Assembly: GCA_964016885.1 (NCBI GenBank)
Contig: OZ024740.1
Span: 206,398,001 to 206,462,000, forward strand
DNA from: Eledone cirrhosa
Lineage: Eukaryota
Direction of reading: 5' to 3'
DNA length: 64,000 bases
Shown: positions 38,223 through 50,500 of the stretch, in pieces
Layout: each line of letters begins with the position of its first letter
How positions within the stretch are numbered: the first letter of the stretch is position 1
Notes under the pieces: generated by a model
Databases searched by the model: none
What the model saw: only the letters and a program-made list of their open reading frames with translations
Told to the model about the DNA's origin: nothing
Translations under genes and position numbers: made by a program

Positions 38223-39047
38223 GTAACTCCTCTTTGTCATCCTCTTTCATTTATAACAGTTATAATCTAAGGTTCTGATTTCATGAAACACATTTACAAT
38301 TGGTTTATATTAGTCATTACCAAACATAAGTGCTACTCTATCCGAGAGTGAAGATGTTGGAGTATTAATAATTGTAAATATGGTGACTTGGCAATATCAG
38401 TAGAGTGTTAGACAACATGATTTGTGGTATATAGTTACATTCACTTACATTCTGAGTTCAAATCCCACCAAGGTTAGCTTTGCCTGTGACTCTGTTAAAC
38501 CATCAAAAATACAGATTTTTTTAATGGCTTTTTCAATGATCCTGCATGATTTATTACAATATTTTCGAGTTATATATTCTAAGATTTTATTTATTTTCCA
38601 GTTTCCAAGAGAAATATTACTTTTATTAGGAATAAATTTATAAAATATTAATATTTAGAAACCTTTCAAAGAATGTAATTTATATGTAATTACTTTTGTG
38701 TTGTTTGAAAATTGGTTAAACTTTTTTGTATTATAGTAAAACACCTTTTTATTTTAACCCTTTAGCATTTACATTACTCTATATTTACTATTGTATTTTC
38801 ATGGTAAACACTTTATTTCACATGATTATCTCAGATAGTATTGAATCTACAAGATTTTGAGAACGATACATTAACATCAGTATGAGCAGCCAGTTACAGC
38901 CAGTTTGAACAAAAAGAGGTCAGAGAATTCTGGCCGGATACAACCAATTTAAACCAAACAGTTGTAAATCTCTGAAACAAAACTATACAGTCTGTAATGA
39001 ATTGATTCAAATTCTATTTATTGTTTTTGTTGTTTTTTTTACTATAG

Positions 39048-40131
39048 AAAGAGGCTGACAAATTCTCACAGCCTATTGACAACAACAACAACAATTGTGG
39101 TGACCAGCAACATAGCAAAATTTTAGTTCCAGAAACAGTAGAATATTCAGTTGTTAGAAATGAAACATCAGAAGAGGTTTCCTTATTGCCTGAAGAGACC
39201 ATTTGTCCTCAAAGTCTGTTATTTTCCAAGTATGGTTTTGAATCTGATAGTGATTCTGGTGATAATGAAAAGGATGTAGACTCTCAGAAATTATTAGCTT
39301 TTGAAAGTCCAAATTTAAAAGAAAGTACTGACAAAAAAATTAGTAATATTTGTCCAACTAATTTGGAGCTCGGAAGTTTAGAATGGAATTCCAAACAGGA
39401 GGTGACAAGGTCAGTTTCTCCAACATTTAGCTCAAGTAAAGAATTGATTTCTACTAACACTCCAAATACGTCACCTACTCTGGTACCGTTTCCAACAACT
39501 GATGTTTCATTAGTTCACAACTACATGACAGATAATCAAACACCAACTGATTCATTAACAAACTCTCCACGATGTAAGAAAAGAAGAACTCTCAGAAGTC
39601 AGACTCATGTTCAGAAAGCCAATCAAAGAGACCCACAGAATGATTTGCTGAAGAAACCTTCTCAGTGGATGTGTAACACCCAAAACATTACCACTCCATC
39701 TAAAAGTCAATCTTCTGAAGAAAAAGAAAATTATTCCAAAAATTCTTTTTCTCCAGTAGATCCTGATAAAACAGTTCCACCAGAAAATTGGAACAACACA
39801 ACAGTTCTACCACTGTCTGAAATGAATGACATGTTAACAGAACCTTCTTCACAACATATTGCCAATAAAAATTGGTCCCAAAATAATGAAAATATGACTG
39901 CTAAGAAGCTCATAACTGATTCCTTGCATAATGGTAGCTTGGCTCCAAGCATGTGTATGACAGAGTTTCTTCTACAGAATGAAGAATTAACCAACAATAA
40001 ACCCACAGAAATTGTGTCTAAGAAATCTGATTCCACAAGACAACAGAGATACATTGAAGAATCACAGATGATAATTCCAAGTGATAGCTATAAGTTTGAA
40101 GATGGTAAACCAGAAGTAATGCCAAACATTG
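39048..40131 (+). CDS. RBBP8: CtIP/RBBP8 coding exon 7, large disordered S/T/N-rich region (contains ILVPET and TRSVSPTF)
   Basis: Poly-T/actatag acceptor, 1084-nt open frame covering ORF 39186..40199, gtaagt donor at 40132, phases 0->1. Confidence 0.9.
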
Positions 40132-40294
40132 GTAAGTTCTTATTGTTTATGTATTTGGTATTCTTTTCTACATTTATCTTAATATGTTACAACCAATGAT
40201 GATGGTGGTGATGATGATGATAGATTTGTTCATTGATTGGTATGATGATCTCATTAAACATCATACCATCAATCATAATAATATGCCATGTGTG

Positions 40295-40369
<75 letters not shown>

Positions 40370-40548
40370 TCATCATTTTACATCCGCTTTTCCTTTGCAA
40401 GTGTGGGATGGGTCTTCTTCAGCACAGCATCCCTCCATTTGTCATGGTCCTTCATCATCTCCTCTGTGATCTTCTTCAACGATCTGAAGTCAGCTCTCAC
40501 CACCTCTGCTCATGTTTTTCATGGTCTTCCTCTACTGAGTAATAATAT

Positions 40549-40668
40549 TAATTGTTTCTACTTTTGGCACAAGGCCAGCAATTACCCAGTGTATTACTGG
40601 TACTTTATTTTATCGACCCCATAAGGATGAAAGGCAAAGTTAACATCAGCGGGACCTGAACTCAGAAC
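40549..40668 (-). mobile_element. 5'-truncated tRNA-derived SINE (22910 family)
   Basis: attgtttctacttttggcacaaggccagc...ggatgaaaggcaaagttaac. Confidence 0.8.
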
Positions 40669-41126
40669 TAATGAGAGTAAATATACTCATTTACTAGTTG
40701 TGTATTAGCTCAATGCAATGAAGATCCTGCAGAGCTGTTATATATTTATAGTTTGTTTACAAACCAAAGAACTTATGTATATACATATATATGTATGTAC
40801 CTGCCTTCCCATGTGCATTGATTGAAGCATACATCGAGTATGCACCACTTTCCCCTACCTTCCTCTCTTCCATCCCATACACTATCCATGTCCTAACACC
40901 TCATTCACATCCCTACGCTCCCACCTTCACCAGATAAATGCCCCGCCCTAGATCCACCTCTCCAATCAAGGCCAATCAAGTCCACACTGTAAAGTGGTCG
41001 TGTTGGTAACTCGGCAAAAATAATATGTTAATAGTTAGGATTCCATCTCTTCAGCTTTGCAGTCATTGTGCCTCATTACATTATTGAATATTTTTTTACC
41101 ACACCATTTTCTATTTCTTTCAACAG

Positions 41127-41220
41127 ATGAAATGAATCATATTTCTGAGGATAATGAGAAAGAGTATGAAAAGCCTGACATCCAAAAGAGCAACTCTTCA
41201 ATTCTTGATAGCTTTGACAG
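41127..41220 (+). CDS. RBBP8: CtIP/RBBP8 coding exon 8 (DEMNHISEDNEKEYEKPDIQKSNSSILDSFD)
   Basis: ttctttcaacag acceptor, GT donor at 41221, phases 1->2. Confidence 0.8.
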
Positions 41221-41274
41221 GTACAGGGGATCTTGTTTAAAATTACATTGCTTCTCTGACTATATAATCATCAT

Positions 41275-41598
41275 GGTGGATTGGCAGTATAGGTAGAGAG
41301 TCGGACGCCATGCTTTCCAGCATAGTTACGTCCCTTTACGATCTGAGTTCAAATCCCGCTGAGGTTGACTTTGCCTTTCATCCTTACGGGTCGATAAAAT
41401 AAAGTACCAGTAATGCACTGGGTAATTGCTGGCCTTGTGCCAAAAGTAGAAACAATTATTACTACCACCATAGGATTGGCAGTATCGGTAGAGCATCAGA
41501 CACCATGCTTTGCAGCTGAGAGTTATAGCCCTTTACGTTCTGGTGTCAAATCCGGCTGAGGTTAGCTTTGCCTTTCATCTTTACGGGGTCGATAAAAT
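41275..41598 (+). mobile_element. Two tandem tRNA-derived SINEs (41275-41460 full, 41473-41598 partial)
   Basis: A and B boxes plus the family body in both. Confidence 0.85.
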
Positions 41599-42390
41599 GC
41601 AATTTACTTATCATTACGTTTTTTTGTTTTTTCTGTTTAGTCAAAGAATAAAAGGCACCACCCATGAAAATTTTGGGCACCTCCAGGGAAGGGGATGGGG
41701 TGAGGAAGGTCTTCTCAAGCTAGAAACCTGGTCTTGATACTTGCAACAGAGAATTCTGCTAAGGGAACCATCATCATCATTATTTTTCCACACTTGCATC
41801 TCTCCACTCGCTGCATTTCTTCATCATCTCCTCTGTGACTCTCAGTGATCTGAGGTCAGCTCTTACAACCTCTGCCCAGGTTTTCCTTGGTTTACCTCTA
41901 GTGTGGCTTCCCTCCACTGGGATTTCCTGGCACTTCACCTATTGGTCATCATCCATGCACATCACATGTCCATAACCAATGCAGCCTTCTCTCCTGCACA
42001 CCACTTCGGATTCCTCTTAAACCCAGCTTCTCCCTCAACTCGTCCAAGCTTGCCTTTCTCTCACACTTACATTGCACATCCAATGAAGCATGGTTGCTTC
42101 ATTTCTCTCCAGTTTACACATATACTCTACAATCACTGCCCATGTTTCGCTACCATGCAGCATCATACTTTGCACACAGGTGTCATACAATCGTCCTTTT
42201 GTATGTAGGGAGTAGTTCCCTAAAATTTTTCCATCCTATCCACTCCAATGAACAGATCCAATAAGACATCTCATCCAACATTCTAACAATTATGCCAAGA
42301 ACATGAAGTTCCTTTTATACAACCAGACATACATGCACACATCATCACTGATCAAACATCCATGATGGCATAAGTTGGAGACACATATAT

Positions 42391-43112
42391 ATCATCATCA
42401 TCGTTTAACGTCTATCTTCCACGCTAGCATGGGTTAGACAGGAGTTGTCCCACGTGAGGCAAGATTGGTCAGGTGACTGTGTCTCGCTCGTATAGGACTA
42501 TCTGGCAGGTTTTCTACGGCTGGATGCCCTTCTTAACACCAACCACATTTACAGTGTGGACTGGGAGCTTTTTACCATGTTACCTACACGGCCACATTAC
42601 AGCGTGGACTGTGTGTCTTTTTGTCGTGACACCTACACGATCTCATTAGTTTGGACTGGATGGTGTGGTACCAACATAACTTTATAGAGAAAGGGTGGTG
42701 TTGGCAGGAGTGGGAGGATGGAATGGGGTGTGTTTGGTTTGAAGGGGCCTACTGACTGTAGGTTAACTTTGCACGTAAGGAAGGTGGGTCTTCTGTAATA
42801 CTGTGTGTCGCCAAAGATCTCGATCCAGTGACATTGTCTTAGAGAGGTGCAAGTGTGCAAGGTTGGACTTTATCATGTCGTCCCAGGTTTTTCTGGGTCT
42901 ACCTACTTCGTAACTTCCCTCAATTTTGATGGCCCTGCACTTTTTTATACAGCTGTCGTCTTTCATGCGCATCACGTGACTGAACCAACGTAATCTTCTC
43001 TCGAATAAACAGCATCTGATTCCTCTTATACCTGATTTCTCACTTAGTTCATCTATGTTTTGCCGTTCGCATATATTACTATTACACATCCAACGGAGCA
43101 TGCATGCTTCGT
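42391..43112 (-). mobile_element. RTE LINE 3' end with open C-terminal ORF
   Basis: ORF 42763..43101 MLRWMCN...ERRLRWFSHVMRM...GRPRKTWDDMIK; 3' UTR and (ATC)n tail. Confidence 0.9.
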
Positions 43113-43122
43113 TGCTTAGGTC

Positions 43123-43309
43123 GGTGAATTGGCAGTATCGGTAGAGGGTCGGACGCCATGCTTTCTAGCATAGTTACGTCCCTTTACAGTCTGAGTTCAA
43201 ATCCCGCCGAGGTTAACTTTGCCTTTCATCCTTACGGGGTCGATAAAATAAAGTACCAGTAATGTACTGGGTAATTACTGGCTTTGTGCCTAAAGTAGAA
43301 ACAATTATT
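43123..43309 (+). mobile_element. tRNA-derived SINE (22910 family)
   Basis: tggcagtatcggtagag...gagttcaaatcccgccgagg...aacaattat. Confidence 0.85.
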
Positions 43310-43712
43310 TCTGGCCATATTATAACAATATGACCCTCCCCAAATATAACAATATATATATATGTATCAGGATTTAACCAGATTAAACTGTTCTAAAAGC
43401 CCAGATTGGACTGGTATTTTATTTACCAATTCCAAAAGAATGAAAGACAAAGTTAACCTCAGTAAGGAGGTGGAACCAAACCACAATCAATTTAATCTGT
43501 TGCTCTCATGTGACATCAAGTGTCTGATGTCAACTGTGTTAGAAATACTCTAGGGTGGTGAGCACTTGTGTCTTATCTAGGGTCAGCAGCTGAACTTACA
43601 AAAGAAGGGTTAAATTTATGAAACACAGTTTCAGCCATATTGCAGATTTTTGGTCAAATAGAAACTTGATGCCAAATATAAATTGAAATGAATTTTTTTT
43701 TTTTTTTGCCAG

Positions 43713-43815
43713 GATTCCTCAGAAAAAAGATCTACCATATGCCTATGACATTGTGGTCCGCAAGAAACATGAAAGAAAACAATTAAATGGTTACACATGT
43801 CAGCAATGTGTTGAA
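43713..43815 (+). CDS. RBBP8: CtIP/RBBP8 coding exon 9, Sae2/Ctp1-like domain start (YAYDIVVRKKHERKQLNGYTCQQCVE)
   Basis: Matches the conserved CtIP VVRKKEERRKLLGHTCKEC motif; poly-T-gccag acceptor, gtaagc donor, phases 2->0. Confidence 0.95.
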
Positions 43816-44217
43816 GTAAGCTGGCAACTTGGCTTTACTGACTTTTCATATGTGTATGTTTCTATGCACACACACAACTGGTTGTCTTATATCTCAGTAT
43901 GTGTGTATATGAAGTGTGTTTATATCTACGTATGTGAAGTGTGTTTATATCTACATATATGAAGTGTGTTTATATCTAAGTATGTGTGTATGTGAAGTTG
44001 TATATCTAAGTATGTGTTGTATATGAAGTTGTGTTTATGTTTAAGTATGTGAAGTTGTGTTTATATATGTGAGGATATAACTTCTCTTATAAATAGTCAT
44101 ACAACCACACACACACAAACAAACATACACTCACACCTGCTTCTACAGAAACACAAAAACATATATATACTCACATTCTTTCTTCTCATTTTAAAGAACT
44201 TCTGTTTCTTGTTTCAG

Positions 44218-44365
44218 TATTACAAAGCAAAGGGTCTCTCTGATGAGGAAATCAAAAAACAGATTGGAAATTGTTCAAAGCATAGAGCTAAATACAAACC
44301 TCCCAACACACCACAGCATTTTTGGTCGATTGGATTCCCTGACACAGAGGAATGTGAAAAAAGAG
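44218..44365 (+). CDS. RBBP8: CtIP/RBBP8 coding exon 10 (YYKAKG...CSKHRAKYKPPNTPQHFWSIGFPDTEECEKR)
   Basis: Matches CtIP [32 protein letters not shown]; gtttcag acceptor, gtaact donor, phases 0->1. Confidence 0.95.
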
Positions 44366-44380
44366 GTAACTCCACTTTAA

Positions 44381-44590
44381 CCCTTTAACATTAACATTAC
44401 TTTATATTTACTATTGTATTTTCACAGTAAATACTTTATCTTACATAATTATCTCACATAATATCGAATCTACAAGATTTTGATGTTATTTATTTTGAGA
44501 AGAATACCTTAATATAGGTATGAGCAGCCGGTTGGAACAGAAAGAGGTGAGAGAGTTTTGACCAGAATGGCCGGTTTAAATGCTAATGGG
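44381..44590. mobile_element. piggyBac-type MITE with TTAA target duplication
   Basis: ttaa-ccctttaacatt ... aatgctaatggg-ttaa. Confidence 0.8.
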
Positions 44591-44831
44591 TTAAAATTCC
44601 GTCTTATCCACAGCCACATCATTTTCTGTTAACTGTTTATTGATTCAGCAGTTGTTCATTATTAATTCTAGCAATGTTAGTAATGGCAGTACAGTTGTGC
44701 AGAATTGAGGACCTTGGTGTCTGGAACTTAGACAGTTTAGGTGTTAACTACAGAGCCTTATAGTACACATACTATAAACAGTTCACATCTCACTGGTATA
44801 CAGTAAAGTTGGCAGAACAATGACTGTAGAC

Positions 44832-45212
44832 CAGAGGGTCTCAAACTTTTGAGACTTTATTTCACATTGCTCCAGTTTACTCAGCTGTAGAAATGAGATG
44901 ATAGGGACTCAGGTCCCTATCATTCCACTGCAAAGTGGTCGTGGAGGTGTCACGGCAAAAAAGCACCCAGCACTCACTGTAAATGAGGTTGGTGTTAGGA
45001 AGGGCATCCAGCTGTAGAAATCAAGCCAGAATCAGTTCCCGTCCCACTCTTGCAAGCAAGGAAAAGCAGACGTAAAATGATGATGATGATGATATCATTT
45101 GATATGTAATATACTATTATATCATCTCTACCACCCTCCACTGCCCCCAGCACCCCTTGGACCTTCTTAACACCCCCCAGCGGGGTGGTAGCGCCAACTT
45201 CGAGAACCTCTG
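44832..45212. mobile_element. hAT/Charlie-like MITE carrying a nested 5'-truncated SINE (~44853-45093, +)
   Basis: TIRs cagagggtctcaaa / ttcgagaacctctg, 8-bp TSD ctgtagac (44824-44831, 45213-45220); the inner part matches the reverse complement of 47900-48140. Confidence 0.8.
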
Positions 45213-46552
45213 CTGTAGACCGTCAACTTGGTATAAAGGTTGAGACTCTGCTTCTCTCAGATATTCTTGTAAAGGAACATTCACACTGTTTTTCACCTTG
45301 CTTTTGGCTCAAAGTCATCTCATATTGAAGATCTTGTTGTCAGCAAAACTGAAGCCATCCCTTGCTTTCCCAGAAAGCATCACTTAACATGGCTGAAAAC
45401 ATCTTGTGAAAAATGTGGTTCCAGCATACATCCTTGTTTGATGTAGTTGCCATTTCTGCAACAACAAATACCTTAGCAAACATGCCCATATGGGAGTACT
45501 AATGAAATACCTTAGCAAGCATGCCCACATGACAGTACTAATGAAATACCCTAGCAAACATGGCCAAACTAGGACAATAAATTTATAAGGACATCCATGA
45601 TAAAATGCTCGCAGTACAAGCTGTACAGTGATTGGTATTAGAAAGGGCATCCAATCATAGAAATCATGCCAAAAATGAATGTATGAACAAGATGTGGTCA
45701 CCTGATCTCTCTAGTATCAGACTGTGACAACCTGTCTAACCCATGCAAACTTGGAAAATAAACATTAAATGGTGATGTTAATCATTGATTACAAGAGCTG
45801 AAACTTGGCATGGATTGATAATGTTTATCTCTACTGGAGTGATATCAGTTCCAGGGACCACTTTTTTTACTTCATCCTCAGTAGGATGGTTAGCAAGTGA
45901 CATGTTGATTCTTGTCTGGTAAGAGAGTTATTTTTACCTTATTGACAACAGGGGTGGAAATGCCCTCCCTATCAGATCATATTATCTGCCAGTAAAGCCA
46001 ATCTATCAACCCTCAGCAGTTTTCAAGGTGTTGTAAAACCATCACCAGTTGTTGCTGGCTACATAGGAGTAAATGTTAACAACCATTTTACTTCACAATG
46101 TGTACTGCATCAGCGGAAGCTTAACCTGAAGTATCTTGTGTGCCAAAATGAAAGAATCCTTCTTGGCTTAGCACAAACTGTCTGTGAGCTCTTGAGAAGT
46201 TGGTGTTTCTGGTTCAGGAGGACCTGTACATCATCACCTCTGTTTAATAGCTATTTTCCATGTTTGCATGGGTTTAGACTGGTTGTCATGTGCTGAGGCC
46301 CAGATCAATCAGGTAATCATCTGTTCATACGCTCCATTTTGGCTTGGTTTCTATGGCTAGATGCCAGCCACTTTACAGTGTGTACTAAGAGCATGGTTTC
46401 TATGGCCAGATGCCACAACCTTTTCAGGAATAAATGGCTGAAGAAGGGTTTATTTTTACAGCAAATCTAAATATATGTTTATTAAATATATTGCAACTCT
46501 GATTACAAATTTAACAGAATATATATATATATTTTTTGTTTTTGTGGTTTAG

Positions 46553-46713
46553 GATATTTTACAAGAGAATGTAAATCATTGCCATCTCGAGGTGAAAAAC
46601 AAGGTAAAGAAAGAAAGACTGAGAGTAAGAAAAATTCCAAAAAAGAGAATAAGGAATATAGAATGACACAATTGTTGGATTATTTGGACCATGGAAGTGA
46701 AGAAGAGGACTAG
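46553..46713 (+). CDS. RBBP8: CtIP/RBBP8 last coding exon (GYFTRECK...MTQLLDYLDHGSEEED*)
   Basis: ttttgtggtttag acceptor, phase 1 completes the conserved RGY; stop TAG 46711-46713; total CDS 2112 nt = 703 aa. Confidence 0.85.
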
Positions 46714-47104
46714 AAATACTTTTCACCATTCCACTTGATGACTTTTAGCAACAACAGACAATTGGATATCAATTCTATGTAAATATGTATATATATGTAT
46801 GTGTACATTGTGTGTATACCTGTATGAGCAAGACGTGGTCACCTGACTGAGCATTCTTCACAACAGGATGACTCATTTACCATCATGGAAAAATGGACAT
46901 TAAACGGTGATAATGATGATATATATTATGATAGAAGCATTGGGGCCTGACAGTTGAGCTCTTGCCGTTTTGACAGCTAATTCCAAACATTAACTTTCGA
47001 AACAGCAAGAGCTCAGCCATTGGGCCCTGACTCTTTTTAATATAGCCACACTATAGAGAACTCTGCTGGATAATGGTCTTACTAGTTTAACACTGGTTAA
47101 ATCA

Positions 47105-47752
47105 TAATCATCATCATCATCATCATCAACGTTTAACGTCCGTGTTCCACGCTTGCATGGGTTTGGACGGGGGTATTCCCACTTGAGGCAAGAGTGATTG
47201 TCTTGCTCGCATAGGACTGTCTGGCAGGCTTTCTACAGTTGGATGCCCTTCCTAACACCAACCACATTTACAGTGTGGGGCTGGGAGGTTTTTACCGTGT
47301 TGCCTACACGGCCACATTACAGCGTGGACTGTGTGTTTTTTTGTCGTGACACCTACACGATCTCATTTGTTTCGGCCTGGATGGTGTGGCACCAACACAA
47401 CTTTACATAGAAGGGGGCGGTGTGGATGGGGTGGTGGGGCGGGGGTGTATTTTGTTAGAGATGCCTACTGACTGTAGTAGGTTTTACTATGTATTTAGGT
47501 AAGGCGGGTCTTCTCTATTACTGAGTACCGCCAAAGGTCTCGGTCCAGTGACATTGTCTTGGAGATGTGTAAGTGTGTGAGGTCGGAGTTTATCAGCTCG
47601 TCCCAGGTTTTTCTAGGTCTGCCTATTCCGTGGCTACCGTCTATCTTTATTGCCCTGCACATTGTTATACAGCTATCGACTTTCATGCGCATCACGTGTC
47701 CATACCAACGTAGCCTTCTCTCGAGTAAACAACATCTGATCCCTCTTATTTC
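47105..47752 (-). mobile_element. RTE LINE 3' end, same subfamily as the satellite insertions
   Basis: ORF 47495..47695 MRMKVDSCITMCRAIKIDGSHGIGRPRKTWDELINSDL; 3' UTR nearly identical to 16670-17175 without the 112-bp duplication. Confidence 0.9.
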
Positions 47753-47755
47753 ATA

Positions 47756-47789
<34 letters not shown>

Positions 47790-47899
47790 TATATTTATAT
47801 ATCAGGATGTCGTGACACAACAAAAAGCACCCAGTACTCACTGAAAATGAGGTTGGTGTGAGGAAGGGCATCCAGCTGTAGAAACCAAGCCAAAATCAG

Positions 47900-48238
47900 T
47901 CATCATCATCATCATTTTACGTCCGCTTTTCCCTACTTGCAAGGGTGGGACGGGAACTGATTCTGGCTTGATTTCTACAGCTGGATGCCCTTCCTAACAC
48001 CAACCTCATTTACAGTGAGTGCTGGGTGCTTTTTTGCCGTGGCACCTCCATGGCCATTTTGCAGTGGAATGATAGGGACCCCTGTCCCTATCATCTCATT
48101 TCTACAGCTGAGTAAACTGGAGCAATGTGAAATAAAGTGTCTTGCTCAAGGAAACAACACATCACCCGGTCTGAGAATTGAACTCACAACCTTTTGATTG
48201 CAAGGCCAATGCCCTAACCACTAAGCCATGTGCCTCCA
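47900..48238 (-). mobile_element. Full-length tRNA-derived SINE (tRNA head, CORE-like cttgagcaagacactt segment, RTE-like tail) nested in an older + strand tail (47805-48330)
   Basis: Minus strand tggcttagtggttagggc (A box), gagttcaattc (B box), (GAT)n end; host sequence resumes after 48238. Confidence 0.85.
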
Positions 48239-49820
48239 TGTGCAAAACATGGTCACCTGACCTAACTTTGCCCACAACAGGACAACCCGTCTAACCCATG
48301 TTAGCGTGGAAAAATTGATGTAAAACGGTGATATATATATACATATATATGTACGTGTGTATGTGTTTCAAACTTATCACATCATGGAAAAAATGTTTGA
48401 TCAATGAAAATGTCTGAGTGTTTAAAAGGAACTTCATGGTCTTCTCAGGAATATTATTCTATTGGCTCTACTCACTACTCACTTTAATATTTATATGTGT
48501 ATATGTATATATATACATATATACATATATATATACACACATGTATGTGTGTGTATGAAAATTGTTTCATTCTGCTTTTGTATATTTAAAACTATTTTTC
48601 CATATTTTCTATTTTGTTGTTATTTAGGGTTTGTCTCTCTCTTTCTCCTTCTTCAAACTCTGAATGAACTATCATATGATCAAAGACATTCCAGTTGTGA
48701 CCCCCCCCCCCCCCCTTATTTCAGTCAATGTATCAAGGATTATGTTATTCAGTGTGCCCTTCCTTTTTTAAGACAGTAAGGTATCATTAAGAGGAGATCA
48801 AGCTACTATTTCTGGCTGGTTAAATAACCAATAAGGGGACCACTTGTATGGTACTTTCATGAATCAAAGTCATGTGTAATTATCATAGGATCTCTAACGA
48901 AGCATAGGTTGTCATGAGCTTTACAAGGGGACTATTTTCTTATATTTGGCCAGCACAATTTGGGATTTTTTGTAATGATTTTGTTAAATTTTAGTTAATG
49001 TCAAAAATGAGAAAGTGTCTCCATTATTAAAGATGTAGAGTTCAAATACCACTGAGGTCAACTTACATAAAATACAGTACCAGTCATGTACTGAAGTTGA
49101 ATCAATTTTCCCCTCCCCATAAATTGGCCTTGTGCCTAAACTATAAATCGTTATTTACCCGTTAGCATTTAAACTGGCTGTATCCGGCCAGAATTCTCTC
49201 AACTCTTTCTGTTTAAACTGGCTGCTCATACTTATGTTAAGGTATTGTTCTCAAAATACATATCAAAATCTCACAGATACAATATTATGTGAAATAAAGT
49301 TTTTACCAAAAGAAATATACAATAGTAAATATAGAGTAATGTAAATGCTAGAGTTAAAGATGTCTTGGCATACAGCCACTAAAACCATACCATGACTATG
49401 AATAATAAATATTTAATGAAAAACTCTGACTGTATACGAGGCTAACACTAGTTATGTTAATGCTGTGCTTAGTGGGGTGGCTAAGTGGAAATATCTAGCT
49501 ATGTGTGACAACCCCAAGCAATTACATCCTTCTTTTCAGGTCCAGAGTACAGATGTCCCAACTAATTCCAGATGTCAGGTAACAAATCTCATGGCTGCCA
49601 CTATCAACTTAAGCCTCGGAAGAGGAAGACCCAAGCTAAGGTGGTGAAAGTTGATCTCAGAATATTGAATTTCACAAAGGACAGAAATAAGTAGGGAGAT
49701 GTACTGGAAAAGACTTGTATAACACATGTAAGCATGAAAAAAACAGACTTTAAAATCTTGATGATGATGAAGCAACATTATGTACAGATCCATGAATAGG
49801 AAGACAAGAAAGGTGCAAAA

Positions 49821-50500
49821 TAATTGTTTCTACTTTTGGCACAAGGCCAGCAATTACCCAGTGTATTACTGGTACTTTATTTTATCGACCCCGTAAGGAT
49901 GAAAAGCAAAGTTAACCTCGGCGGGATTTGAACTCAGAATTGAAAGGGCCGTAACTCAATGTGTCAAAGCATGGCCTCCGACCCTCTACCGATACTGCCA
50001 ATCAACCGTGCAAAATAATAATAATAATAACTATAATTATCTCTACGTTCTGCGTTCAAATCTCGCAAAGGTGAACTTTGCCTTTTATTATTTAGGGTGG
50101 TGGATTGGCAGTATTGGTAGAGAGTCGGACGCCATGCTTTCCAGCCTAGTTACGTCCCTTTATGGTTTGAGTTCAAATCCTGCCAAGGTTAACTTTACCT
50201 TTCATCCTTACGGGGTCGATAAAATAATGTACTGAGTAATTGCTGGCCTTGTGCCAAAAAAGTAGAAACAATTATTTCAGGACCAATAAAATAAAGTACC
50301 AGTCAAGTACTGGGGGTCAATATAATCAACTTTCCTTTCCCTTTGCTAATATTAGAAAGAATTATTATTAGTAGTTGTTGCTTTGCCTTTCATCCTTATG
50401 GGGTCGATAAAATAAAGTACCAGTAACACACTGGGGTTTATTTAGTTGATTTACCCCTCCCCAAAAATGTTGGCCTTGTGCCTAAAGTAGAAACCCTTAT
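49821..50500. mobile_element. Cluster of tRNA-derived SINEs: 49821-50008 (-), 50097-50276 (+) and partial + copies to ~50500
   Basis: Family motifs as at 22910. Confidence 0.8.

Noticed and set aside
39186-40199. Stand-alone 337-aa gene
   Set aside because: It is exon 7 of RBBP8; the TTG start and hydrophobic tail are artefacts of reading past splice sites.
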